Source: Nitrosopumilaceae archaeon (GTDB taxonomy: Archaea > Thermoproteota > Nitrososphaeria > Nitrososphaerales > Nitrosopumilaceae). Taken from it: 62,632 bases of DNA. Position numbers and translations under genes: made by a program. A model generated the notes under the pieces. That model was given only the letters and a program-made list of their open reading frames with translations. It was not told the origin of the DNA and did no database searches. Shown piece after piece: positions 1-8,220 of the stretch. Where the stretch lies: the NCBI GenBank assembly GCA_033720715.1, contig JAWWBZ010000001.1, forward strand, positions 1 to 62,632. The letters are read 5' to 3'. Numbering within the stretch: position 1 is the stretch's first letter; each line of letters opens with the position of its first letter.

Positions 1-360
1 AATTTCATCCCAATAAATCGAGATTGTAAAACCAATTTTGAAAACGTCTATGCAATTGGAGATGTCACTACTCTCAAGGCAAACGAAAAATCTGTAGTTC
101 CAAAGGCTGGAGTTTTTGCCGAAGGAGAAGGATTAACTGTAGCTCAAAATATTATTTCTAAGATTCAATCAAAAGAAGACAATGCCTTGTTTGATGGAAA
201 AGGAGGATGTTTTATTGAATCAGGAAGAGACACTGCATCACTAATTGAGGTTGACATGTTTTCAGGACCAGAACCTTCCGTAAAATTAACAAAGTCCACC
301 TCTGAGCACCTTGAAGAGAAATTACAATTTGAAAAAGATAGACTTTCTAAATGGCTATGA
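1..360 (+). CDS. C-terminal fragment of an FAD-dependent pyridine nucleotide-disulfide oxidoreductase (sulfide:quinone reductase / type II NADH dehydrogenase-like); 5' end is outside the window
   Basis: Frame 1 is open from nt 1 to TGA at 358-360. It contains the second FAD-binding motif context NVYAIGDV followed by a C-terminal tail typical of SQR/NDH-2-like enzymes. Confidence 0.6.
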   Translation, partial: NFIPINRDCKTNFENVYAIGDVTTLKANEKSVVPKAGVFAEGEGLTVAQNIISKIQSKEDNALFDGKGGCFIESGRDTASLIEVDMFSGPEPSVKLTKSTSEHLEEKLQFEKDRLSKWL

Positions 361-573
361 TCATTCGTTTTTCTCTTTTTCTCTAGACAAGTGTTCCAAA
401 ATAGCTTTTACTTCAACATCCAAATCTTGAGTGTTTTTGGATAGTTGTAAATTTTCAGCAATCTTCCCCTTAAAGTCTTCATCTTCAAGTTCTACTCGTC
501 TTTTTTGAACACAATCAAGATGGTCCTGACCAGAGCCTGAAATCTTATGACAAATAGTACAAATCTTCATCAA
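361..573 (-). CDS. small zinc-knuckle protein (CxxC-x9-HxxC) with an acidic/coiled C-terminal tail
   Basis: 70-aa ORF with N-terminal CTICHKISGSGQDHLDC. Convergent with the upstream partial CDS. Confidence 0.45.
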   Translation of the reverse strand: MMKICTICHKISGSGQDHLDCVQKRRVELEDEDFKGKIAENLQLSKNTQDLDVEVKAILEHLSREKEKNE

Positions 574-626
574 TTATTTTTACAAATCCGACGATTTAAT
601 AATTTCATTTTATGCCTAACCGATGA

Positions 627-700
627 GGGATCGTCGTCTAGCTTGGTATGATACTTGTCTGGGGGGCAAGTGGTCGCAGGTTCAAATCCTGCCGGTCCCA
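627..700 (+). tRNA. tRNA-Pro (anticodon GGG)
   Basis: Manual cloverleaf: acceptor GGGATCG/CGGTCCC, anticodon stem CTTGT/GCAAG, loop CTGGGGG (anticodon GGG), T arm GCAGG-TTCAAAT-CCTGC, discriminator A. A GC-rich island in AT-rich DNA. Confidence 0.9.
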
Positions 701-734
701 TTTTTTAAAATAAAAAAAGGTGAGAATGACTCAC
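701..734. terminator. bidirectional terminator region between convergent tRNA-Pro and the minus-strand gene
   Basis: T6 (701-706) immediately follows the tRNA 3' end. Hairpin GTGAG-AATGA-CTCAC (720-734) abuts the stop of the minus-strand ORF and is followed on the minus strand by T7 (712-718). Confidence 0.5.
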
Positions 735-1297
735 TAGATTCCACTAGAAGTGGCTTGAACCGTGGTCCTGTCTATTAATCCAGAGATGTAAAATAGCTCA
801 TACACTTCCCCATTTCCAGTAGCTGTTCCTGAAACAAAGTACAAGCTTCCATTTTCAAGGTCTGAAATTTCATCTCCGGAAATCTCTATCTCATAGACTA
901 GACCATCTTGATTTTCTACCTCGCCAGATGCATCAAATGATTTTTCATTTGGGCTCACAGACACTTGCCATGTATCAGAAATTACAGAGAAAATTTGTCT
1001 TTGGTCATGCTTCCCAACAGCAAAAACACCACGTTTTACGTCATATTGGGCATGTCCGTTATCCTCTGTCTCAACTTCTACTAATCCCATTTTGAAATGA
1101 GACCGCCATGGTTGGTTTTCTTCAGAAACTGCAGCTCCACTTCCTACAAGAAATGTTCCCATATGGAGGGGTCTTTCTGATAACTGCCTTTCTCTGTCAA
1201 ATTCTTGGGCAAACGCTGTCTCGTATACAACCGAAGTTGAAATTAGGACAGCCATCAATCCAAGTCCAGCAAAGATAGTTTTGTTTGATTTTGTCAT
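734..1297 (-). CDS. secreted or membrane-anchored hypothetical protein (N-terminal signal peptide)
   Basis: 187-aa ORF. N-terminus MTKSNKTIFAGLGLMAVLISTSVVYETAFA looks like a signal peptide; the rest is beta-rich. Confidence 0.6.
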   Translation of the reverse strand: MTKSNKTIFAGLGLMAVLISTSVVYETAFAQEFDRERQLSERPLHMGTFLVGSGAAVSEENQPWRSHFKMGLVEVETEDNGHAQYDVKRGVFAVGKHDQRQIFSVISDTWQVSVSPNEKSFDASGEVENQDGLVYEIEISGDEISDLENGSLYFVSGTATGNGEVYELFYISGLIDRTTVQATSSGI

Positions 1298-1339
1298 TAA
1301 GCAGGAAAAACAATTTTGAATAAAAGGGATTGTTAAGCA

Positions 1340-1353
1340 TTGTTAGCTAACAA
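1340..1353. promoter_or_regulatory. perfect 14-bp palindrome TTGTTAGCTAACAA in a divergent promoter region (candidate operator)
   Basis: Read directly. Preceded by the related half-copy ATTGTTAAGCA (1330-1340). Lies between the divergent genes 734..1297(-) and the wHTH gene (+). Confidence 0.35.
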
Positions 1354-1476
1354 AGTTACTTGAGCTTTATTGGGAATTGTTAAAAATTATCAAAAAAACT
1401 GTGAAATAGTTTCAAGGAATGATTCAAACTGGCACAAGGATACAGAGATCGTACATACATTAGAAAAGACATTATT

Positions 1477-1719
1477 TTGATGTTGTCCGAGTACGGAGAG
1501 CTAAATCAAACCAAGCTTTTAAGCTACTGCGGGCTCAACATTGTAAAACATAAAGAGATTCTTGAAGATATGGAACAAAAGGGACTAATTCAAAGAAAAG
1601 AAGAGCCTTGGGGTAAAAAAACAATAATCAAATACAAAGCAAGTCCAAAGGGACATGAATTTTGTAAATTAATCTTAGAGCCTTATGAGGAGATGTTTCC
1701 AAGGGAGGGCGATGAGTAA
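1477..1719 (+). CDS. winged-helix DNA-binding protein (HTH_45-like small archaeal regulator); the true start may be upstream at CTG 1429
   Basis: 80-aa ORF from TTG 1477 with helix-turn-helix plus wing (NQTKLLSYCGLNIVKHKEILEDMEQKGLIQRKE...). The in-frame upstream extension AQGYRDRTYIRKDIIL looks like the missing first helix (see findings). Confidence 0.65.
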   Translation: MMLSEYGELNQTKLLSYCGLNIVKHKEILEDMEQKGLIQRKEEPWGKKTIIKYKASPKGHEFCKLILEPYEEMFPREGDE

Positions 1720-1764
1720 CAATGTTATCTAAAGGTTTTAAGATAAAATTGGAGGTTTTTCATT

Positions 1765-2229
1765 ATGAGTAGATCCAACAAGGATCATGATAGCATTTTT
1801 GAAATTTTAGACGGAATTATGTTCCAGCTTAGCAAAACCAAAAAGATGTTTATGATTATGATACTAACAACCCTAATCATTCCGCCAATTGCGTTGTTGG
1901 TAATGACGAGCACATTTGATTCTCCCTTTAATGATAGATTTGAAAAAAGGCTTGAGGACCGTCTCAATGAGGCTTTGCGGAGGGGTCAAATAACTCTAGA
2001 AGATGCAAATAGAATCAAAAACCAGTTCATAGACCAACATAGAGGGCAAATTCTACTTCAACCTGGGCAATTAGTTATTTTTGCAATCTCATTGGTTTGG
2101 TTAGGTGTTGGAATAAAACAATGGCTATCGATATCAAAATGGGATAAAAAATATCAAAAATTCAAAGAAAGACAAGAACAAGTAGATAAGAAACTTGACG
2201 AGTACTTTGATGATGAAAAATATACCTAA
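1765..2229 (+). CDS. hypothetical membrane protein (two predicted TM segments, charged tail)
   Basis: 154-aa ORF with hydrophobic stretches FMIMILTTLIIPPIALLVM and LVIFAISLVWLGVGI. Confidence 0.55.
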   Translation: MSRSNKDHDSIFEILDGIMFQLSKTKKMFMIMILTTLIIPPIALLVMTSTFDSPFNDRFEKRLEDRLNEALRRGQITLEDANRIKNQFIDQHRGQILLQPGQLVIFAISLVWLGVGIKQWLSISKWDKKYQKFKERQEQVDKKLDEYFDDEKYT

Positions 2230-2252
2230 ATTTTTTCATTCTTAGAATCAAG

Positions 2253-2618
2253 TTACAAAAATTTGTTAGAATTAAGCTTGTTGGATTTATCTAGATAGAA
2301 TTTTCCTTTTTCAGGATTTTCTAACTCTGAAAAATAAATCTGGGCCAATTGACTAAGAGTAAAGGAATCTTTGGGGTTAATCTCATTCATTTTCTCTAGA
2401 CATTCAATTTTTTTCTCAGAATTTGACAAATCTACATAACAACAATACAACTGATATAGTAAATTAAAATTATCGGGCTCTTGTTTTATTTTTTTTTCTA
2501 ATATTGGAATTTTTTCTTTTGCAAGTTGAATTGTTTTAGGATCAACTTTAGATTCTTTAATCTCAATTTTCTTTTTAAATTTTTTAAGAAAATCCATTAC
2601 TATACAAAAAATCCTCAA
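2253..2618 (-). CDS. TPR-like repeat protein (hypothetical)
   Basis: 121-aa ORF with helical-repeat character (NLLYQLYCCYVDLSNSEKKIECLEKMNEINPKDSFTLSQLAQIYF). Alternative start at Met8 (2597). Confidence 0.5.
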   Translation of the reverse strand: MRIFCIVMDFLKKFKKKIEIKESKVDPKTIQLAKEKIPILEKKIKQEPDNFNLLYQLYCCYVDLSNSEKKIECLEKMNEINPKDSFTLSQLAQIYFSELENPEKGKFYLDKSNKLNSNKFL

Positions 2619-2679
2619 CTATTTTAATTGACATCTTAATCTTGCAAAGATTTTATAATTTCTACCAACACCAAAAACT

Positions 2680-3459
2680 ATGAAAATCTTTTCGATAATT
2701 TTTTCTATTTTTCTTTCTTTATTGGTTTTTTTGATCCCATCATCCTTTGCAGAGACAACTAATGTATCAATTCCTGAAGGAACCTCTTTACGAGGATGTG
2801 AAACCAACAATGAATGTTACCTTCCATATCAAATCACTATAGATGTTGGAGATGAAGTGACGTGGACAAATGATGATCTTGCCTTTCATACTGTAACTAG
2901 TGGAAATAGCTTGGAGGGAACCGATGGATTTTTTGATTCTGGAATGTTTAAAATTGATGAACAATTCTCGCACACCTTCAAAGATTCAGGAAATTTTGAA
3001 TATTTTTGCACACTCCATCCTTGGATGGAGGGAATTGTAATTGTTCAAGAATTATCTGACGAAGATGGTTCGAATAGTGAAGGAGGGGGTTGTTTAATTG
3101 CCACTGCAACATTTGGTTCTGAATTAGCCCCTCAAGTTCAACAGCTCCGAGAAATTAGAGATAAAAAATTACAGCAAACCGATTCAGGCTCCACATTTAT
3201 TCAAGAATTTAACAAAATCTACTATTCATTTAGTCCTATTATAGCTGATTTTGAGCGTGAAAATCTCGTTTTCAAACAAGCCATAAAAATTACCCTAACC
3301 CCAATGCTTGTGAGTCTATCATTACTGAATTATGTAAATCTTGATTCTGAATATGACGTAATTGGATATGGAGTTAGCTTGATTCTATTAAATGTTGGAA
3401 TGTATCTAGGTTTGCCTGCATTCGTTTTTTTTAGAATAAAAAAGAAGTTTGAAAATTAA
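2680..3459 (+). CDS. blue (type 1) copper protein, plastocyanin/cupredoxin domain, with a C-terminal Cys-containing module and TM anchor
   Basis: Signal peptide, then copper ligands in AFHTVTSG and YFCTLHPWMEG (His, Cys, His, Met). C-terminal GGGCLIATATFGSELAPQVQQLREIRD module plus hydrophobic tail. Confidence 0.8.
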   Translation: MKIFSIIFSIFLSLLVFLIPSSFAETTNVSIPEGTSLRGCETNNECYLPYQITIDVGDEVTWTNDDLAFHTVTSGNSLEGTDGFFDSGMFKIDEQFSHTFKDSGNFEYFCTLHPWMEGIVIVQELSDEDGSNSEGGGCLIATATFGSELAPQVQQLREIRDKKLQQTDSGSTFIQEFNKIYYSFSPIIADFERENLVFKQAIKITLTPMLVSLSLLNYVNLDSEYDVIGYGVSLILLNVGMYLGLPAFVFFRIKKKFEN

Positions 3460-3498
3460 TAACATATCAAAACTCTAACCTTGTTGGTGTGAAATTTT

Positions 3499-3759
3499 AT
3501 GTCAGAAGATTTAATCGTTAAAAAAGAAACTATGAAGAAAAATCTTGAAGATCTGATAAATTCTGTAAATCAATTGGAACCCTCTCAATCTATCAAAGTT
3601 TACCAAAATTTGTTAGCTACAGTCAGGGAAGAACTTGAGAAAATTGAACATCCAACTGAAAATTGTATTTCTTGTGGGAGCCCCCTTGAATCTTGGGAAA
3701 AAGAGCGATGTGGTCCTTGCAAAATAGCCGATGAGAGAGTGCCTGAAGAGGAGGATTAA
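3499..3759 (+). CDS. small protein with C-terminal zinc ribbon (CxxC-x11-CxxC)
   Basis: 86-aa ORF with CISCGSPLESWEKERCGPCK near the C-terminus. Confidence 0.5.
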   Translation: MSEDLIVKKETMKKNLEDLINSVNQLEPSQSIKVYQNLLATVREELEKIEHPTENCISCGSPLESWEKERCGPCKIADERVPEEED

Positions 3760-3822
3760 TTTTCTTTTTTGGATTTCTAAGTTTCAAGTTTTAAAAATTC
3801 CAAATAATTATTACTGTAATTT

Positions 3823-3975
3823 TTATTCAACCATAACATCTGAAAAACGAAATGGATTATTCTGAACTTTAAAAACTAAAACACATTTTACACAAACTCT
3901 TTCATTCCCATATGGTTCTAAGGAATAATGAGTTTTTGTCTTACATCTAGGACAAATATACCCTCCCACAAACAT
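3823..3975 (-). CDS. 50-aa zinc-ribbon mini-protein (below the ORF-track threshold)
   Basis: Manual translation of the minus strand: MFVGGYICPRCKTKTHYSLEPYGNERVCVKCVLVFKVQNNPFRFSDVMVE. ATG start, TAA stop, CPRC...CVKC Cys4 motif. Confidence 0.45.
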   Translation of the reverse strand: MFVGGYICPRCKTKTHYSLEPYGNERVCVKCVLVFKVQNNPFRFSDVMVE

Positions 3976-4220
3976 ATTTTAAATTCTAATTATTTAGTTT
4001 CTTGTCTGTTTAGAATATTTCATATCATCATACTACATTACCACTTTAATTTTTATTGTAATAATGTAGGTTTTGTAATAACTGTTAAAAACAAATTTTA
4101 CAATATTGTTTTTTAAAAATCTATCAAAAGGAAAAATCTAGTTGGATTAATAATTTGGAAATAAAAACATACAATTTGTGCCTAAATTAACGGAAATTTT
4201 CACCTTTTCTTGTAAATGTA

Positions 4221-4982
4221 TCAAACCCTCAATATTTTTAAAAGATTTTCAAAACTCTCTCGAGTTTGTTCTTTTTTGTAAATCCGTAACACATCAATAA
4301 TTTTTTCTTTTGTGGGAATTTTGTAAATCTTTTTAATTTTTTTACCAATACCTGATCCTATGAAAATTGCTTGAGTAATTGAAGTTACATTTGAAGGTCT
4401 TCTGTTAATACTTGAACTTTCAAAATCAATCAAAGTTGATTTTGATTTTCCAATAATCACATGTTTGGTAATACTACTTAATTCTCCATGGTCGAATCCT
4501 ATCTGATCTAATCTATAACAATCCTCAAGGATAATTTTAATTACTGATTTTAATTTTTTAGCACTTCCTTTACCATGTAATGTTTCAATCCATTTTCCAA
4601 TTTTTTCACCTTCAAGATATTCCATAATTACAAAATTTTTGCTAAAACCAATCATCTTTGGACCCACGTTGACAGAATTTACAACCTGAAGGAGCCTTGC
4701 CTCATTTCTCATATCTTTTCTTTGCGAATCTAATCTTCGTATTTTTATTGCAACTGTCTTACTTCTTTTCTTACCTAGAACAACAATCCCAACATATCCT
4801 TTACCTAAAATTTCTAATTTACCAATAGTAGTGGGGCCCTTCAAAGCTATAGAACTTATTTTCAATTTTTCAAGCTCGGATATTCTTGAATTCAGCTGAC
4901 GAGATGTAGCTTTAGGGTATCCTAAAATTAAAGAATAGGGGTGTTCTGAAAATTTATTAATTGAAATAAAAGAATCTTTCAT
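4221..4982 (-). CDS. atypical RIO-like Ser/Thr protein kinase (COG2112-like)
   Basis: 253-aa ORF with Gly-rich loop LGKGYVGIV, VAIK lysine, and IMEYLEG hinge-like and DHGELS catalytic-like segments. Overlaps the cca stop by 26 nt (operon). Confidence 0.65.
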   Translation of the reverse strand: MKDSFISINKFSEHPYSLILGYPKATSRQLNSRISELEKLKISSIALKGPTTIGKLEILGKGYVGIVVLGKKRSKTVAIKIRRLDSQRKDMRNEARLLQVVNSVNVGPKMIGFSKNFVIMEYLEGEKIGKWIETLHGKGSAKKLKSVIKIILEDCYRLDQIGFDHGELSSITKHVIIGKSKSTLIDFESSSINRRPSNVTSITQAIFIGSGIGKKIKKIYKIPTKEKIIDVLRIYKKEQTRESFENLLKILRV

Positions 4983-6288
4983 CCGTTGAGATAAGCTGGT
5001 TTGCTACCTCTTTAATGGATTTGGATAGATTTTTTGTGCCTAAAAACACCTTATATCCTCGTTTAAAATCATCTTGAAGGCCTTTTGGAATACCAGTTTC
5101 CAAGTTATTTTTTAAAAAATTTGAAATAAATTTAACCACATCAGAGTTTTTCCTTTTTTCTAATGAGACAATTCGTTTGTTTTCATTGATCCACATTAAT
5201 TCAGTTGTTGATTGGTTTTTTGAAATAAAACTTCTACAATCTTTCTCCCTAAAAAAATCTGGACCTATTTTGGTATATTTTTTTGGAATTATTGGAGATT
5301 CTAACAAAAACAATAGATAACTCTCTTTTTTTTCATCTGTAAATCCAGCATTTCTCAAAACATTGAATCCTGCTACATTCAATTGGGTTGTAAGGGAATT
5401 GGCAGCCCTTTTGGTTTGACCCCAAATAATATCAGGGCTTCGCATTTTAAAATCAAATTTTACAACAAGAATATTTTCGTGATTGGAATTTGAAACCTTT
5501 GATTTTATTTTTTTGAAGAATTTTAATGATGGATTTTCTTGGAACATCCTACAGGCCATTATAAATTTGCCAATATTTTCTTCAGAAATAGCTGCAGCTA
5601 AATTTCTGTTAGAATCAATGGGATCAATAATTACTACTGGTGTATCAAATTTCCTTGTGGTCTTTCCTATTACCTGATTTTCTTTAATTTTGGATATTGA
5701 TTTTATTACATTTTCAAAACTTCCAAAATTAATAATCAAAACTTCTGAGACGTATCCACTAAATCCTTGTTTTGCAACTTCTGCTCCATAAATCCCAATT
5801 GATTGGAGAAATATTTTGAGTATCCTTACTTCATTCTGCATTTTAGAGGTAAGCATTTTTTTCATATGTCTAGTATGAAACGGTGATCTGTCTGCTGAGC
5901 TTTTCCAGGTTCCCAGCTTTACGTCGTAACAAGGAACAACATTAATTTTGGTATTCTTTATTTTAGCCTCTACGTAGGGATGTTCTGAATATCTAACGTA
6001 GGGATGATATTTTCCCATTGCATCAAAACCAATCTTTTTAGAAATTTCTTCAAATTTCTCACTTGGCACATTTTTTTTGAATTTAATGAAAATATCTATA
6101 TCTGCACTTCCTGGTAACCAAGTTCCCTTTGCGAAGGATCCGCCAAATTCTAAACCAACAATTAGTTCATATTCCTTAATTTGATTCTCCACTAACCCAT
6201 ATGCTAAATTTGCAATTTGTTTTTTTGATTTTTCCAGTGATTTTGTTGGAATAGCAAATTTTTTAGCTTTGTCAATTATTTTTTTCAT
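4957..6288 (-). CDS. cca: CCA-adding enzyme (archaeal class I tRNA nucleotidyltransferase)
   Basis: 443-aa ORF with nucleotidyltransferase signature GGSFAKGTWLPGSADIDIFIKF and archaeal CCA-enzyme length and architecture. Confidence 0.85.
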   Translation of the reverse strand: MKKIIDKAKKFAIPTKSLEKSKKQIANLAYGLVENQIKEYELIVGLEFGGSFAKGTWLPGSADIDIFIKFKKNVPSEKFEEISKKIGFDAMGKYHPYVRYSEHPYVEAKIKNTKINVVPCYDVKLGTWKSSADRSPFHTRHMKKMLTSKMQNEVRILKIFLQSIGIYGAEVAKQGFSGYVSEVLIINFGSFENVIKSISKIKENQVIGKTTRKFDTPVVIIDPIDSNRNLAAAISEENIGKFIMACRMFQENPSLKFFKKIKSKVSNSNHENILVVKFDFKMRSPDIIWGQTKRAANSLTTQLNVAGFNVLRNAGFTDEKKESYLLFLLESPIIPKKYTKIGPDFFREKDCRSFISKNQSTTELMWINENKRIVSLEKRKNSDVVKFISNFLKNNLETGIPKGLQDDFKRGYKVFLGTKNLSKSIKEVANQLISTDERFFYFN

Positions 6289-6830
6289 TACTTTGCTTTT
6301 ACCTCCAATAAATCAGAGTAGATTGGACCTTGAGGGGTAAGTACACTTTGTTTTAATTTTACACTAGAAATTTTTTGAGAGCCAAACTCATATGTAGAAA
6401 ATTTTCCCAAGTCTTTACTAACATCTCCTAACTTGTTTTTAATTCTAAATATCGTAATGTGAGATTTGAATGGTTTATCAGGAAAAAATCCCAAGGGTTC
6501 CAGGGCATTTCGTACCTTTTTGGACAAATCTGTCAAGTCACTTCCACCTTTCTCATCGGTTCCAATCCAGATAACCCTTGGAATTTTCATTTTTGGAAAT
6601 GCTCCTAAACCTTGAAATTTTATTTTAAATTCTGAAAAATCTATTGTTTTTAAAGCAAGTTTAATTTTTTCGACCATGTCTTCTGAAATCTCACCTAAAA
6701 ATTGAATTGTAAAATGTAAGTTATTAGGTTCTACAGATTTTGCTTTAATCTTAATTTTTGACTGAATTTTTGTAATAGACTCAATTACTTTTTCATCATT
6801 AACTTCAACAGCCACAAAAGCTCGCATCAC
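6288..6830 (-). CDS. thpR: RNA 2',3'-cyclic phosphodiesterase (2H phosphoesterase, LigT/ThpR family)
   Basis: 180-aa ORF with two HxT/S motifs (LHFTIQF and SHITIF). Abuts cca with a 1-nt overlap. Confidence 0.8.
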   Translation of the reverse strand: MMRAFVAVEVNDEKVIESITKIQSKIKIKAKSVEPNNLHFTIQFLGEISEDMVEKIKLALKTIDFSEFKIKFQGLGAFPKMKIPRVIWIGTDEKGGSDLTDLSKKVRNALEPLGFFPDKPFKSHITIFRIKNKLGDVSKDLGKFSTYEFGSQKISSVKLKQSVLTPQGPIYSDLLEVKAK

Positions 6831-6900
6831 AATTTCCTTTGAAGTATTCTTATAATAATTTCCGGTAGCTTCATAGACTAGCCATTTTGTTCTCTAATAG

Positions 6901-7449
6901 TTGACCAAACTAATTGTTTGTCTAACTGGAATGCCAGGAGCGGGAAAATCTACTATAGCTGAGGGATTAAAGTCAAAAGGATTTGAAATTATCAACATGG
7001 GAAATGCAGTTAGAAGCGAGGCAAAAAATAGGAATCTTGAGCCCACAGGAGAAAATCTTGGAAAACTAATGCTTGAATTAAGAGAAAAAAATGGTCAAGG
7101 AGCAGTAGCGGAATTGGTAAAACCTCAAATTGAGAATTCGAAATCCAAAGTAATAATCATTGATGGAATAAGATCATATCCTGAAATCGAAGTACTTCGA
7201 AAATTTGGTAAAGTAAAACTACTTGCAATCCATGCATCAACGAATACTAGATATGATTTCTTACAAAAAAGAGGAAGATCAGATGACCCAAAAACAAAAG
7301 AAAACTTTGAAAAAAGAGATGATAGAGAACTTGGTGTGGGTATAAGCAACCCTATTGCGCTTTCTGATGATGCGATTTCAAATAATAATTTGACAAAAGA
7401 GGAACTAATAGACGAAGCATTTAGAAAGATCCACCAGTGGATAGAATGA
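6901..7449 (+). CDS. P-loop nucleotide kinase (UPF0200 / dephospho-CoA-kinase-like family)
   Basis: 182-aa ORF from TTG with Walker A GMPGAGKST near the N-terminus. Confidence 0.7.
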   Translation: MTKLIVCLTGMPGAGKSTIAEGLKSKGFEIINMGNAVRSEAKNRNLEPTGENLGKLMLELREKNGQGAVAELVKPQIENSKSKVIIIDGIRSYPEIEVLRKFGKVKLLAIHASTNTRYDFLQKRGRSDDPKTKENFEKRDDRELGVGISNPIALSDDAISNNNLTKEELIDEAFRKIHQWIE

Positions 7450-7853
7450 AAATTCCTTCTCTTTCTTGTCGGATTGAAATTTTTTGTTCAGTAAACCCAT
7501 CGGAAGATCCTAAAAAAGTTGAAACATCAATTTTGAATGTTCTTCCAAATTGTGAAATAAAACAAGAAAAGTTTTCTGTAAAGGGAATCTCTAAAAATTT
7601 GAGTTCATTAGTAAAAATTCGTGAATCGATTCATGCTCTAAAACATGAAAGGATTTATCGAAAAAATCTTGAAAAAAATTTATCGAAAAACTCTTCTTGG
7701 TTTTATCTAAACAAACAAGCAGCATTTGCAGACAAAATTGCAATTTGTGAAGAAGCTGATGAATCTCCACTTGGACCACTAAAAATAGTTCTGAGCTCTG
7801 ATAGTATTGAACAAATTATAGAATGGTTAATTTTTGATGATGAAATTAGTTAG
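7446..7853 (+). CDS. conserved archaeal protein, UPF0201/COG1931-like (predicted RNA-binding)
   Basis: ATGA start/stop overlap with the preceding kinase gene (an alternative ATG at 7437 is given by the track). Family assignment comes from the remembered gene pairing and size only. Confidence 0.45.
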   Translation: MKIPSLSCRIEIFCSVNPSEDPKKVETSILNVLPNCEIKQEKFSVKGISKNLSSLVKIRESIHALKHERIYRKNLEKNLSKNSSWFYLNKQAAFADKIAICEEADESPLGPLKIVLSSDSIEQIIEWLIFDDEIS

Positions 7854-7921
7854 ATAAATTCAATCAAATTTTTACATTTTTTTAATACTGGTTCTAAAAA
7901 ATATAATTAAAGAAAGTAATT

Positions 7922-8209
7922 GTGATAATTAAGATTACAATCATTGGGGCACTAGTTATTGCGGGAGGAATACTTTTTGGTTCAGAAATAAAGGAATTTT
8001 TTCCACAATCAACCTCAACAGGCGTGGATTCTTTAAAATCTGATGTAAAGACACTTGCTACGCATACTATACAAACCGCAGAAAAAACCATTGAATCATC
8101 AGTGGAAACTGCTGAAACCAAATTAACAGAGATAAAACAAAATTCTACTGATTTTGTAGAAGAAAAAATTGTAAGTAATATTCCCTTCATTAAAGAAAAT
8201 CCACAATAA
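7922..8209 (+). CDS. hypothetical membrane-anchored protein
   Basis: 95-aa ORF from GTG with one N-terminal TM (IIGALVIAGGILFG), then a hydrophilic helical region. Preferred over the antisense 98-aa ORF, which looks like low-complexity hydrophobic noise. Confidence 0.35.
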   Translation: MIIKITIIGALVIAGGILFGSEIKEFFPQSTSTGVDSLKSDVKTLATHTIQTAEKTIESSVETAETKLTEIKQNSTDFVEEKIVSNIPFIKENPQ

Positions 8210-8220
8210 TAGAAATTTGA

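Noticed and set aside
3928-4116. 62-aa plus-strand ORF in the AT-rich gap upstream of the kinase operon
   Set aside because: The composition (Phe/Ile/Asn/Tyr-rich, no motif) looks like translated AT-rich spacer. It overlaps the start of the better-supported minus-strand zinc-ribbon ORF (3823..3975).
7894-8190. 98-aa minus-strand ORF overlapping the 7922..8209 plus-strand ORF
   Set aside because: Only one of the two can be real. The plus-strand product has a clean TM-anchor plus hydrophilic helical region, whereas the minus-strand product is irregular and hydrophobic. Confidence in either is low.
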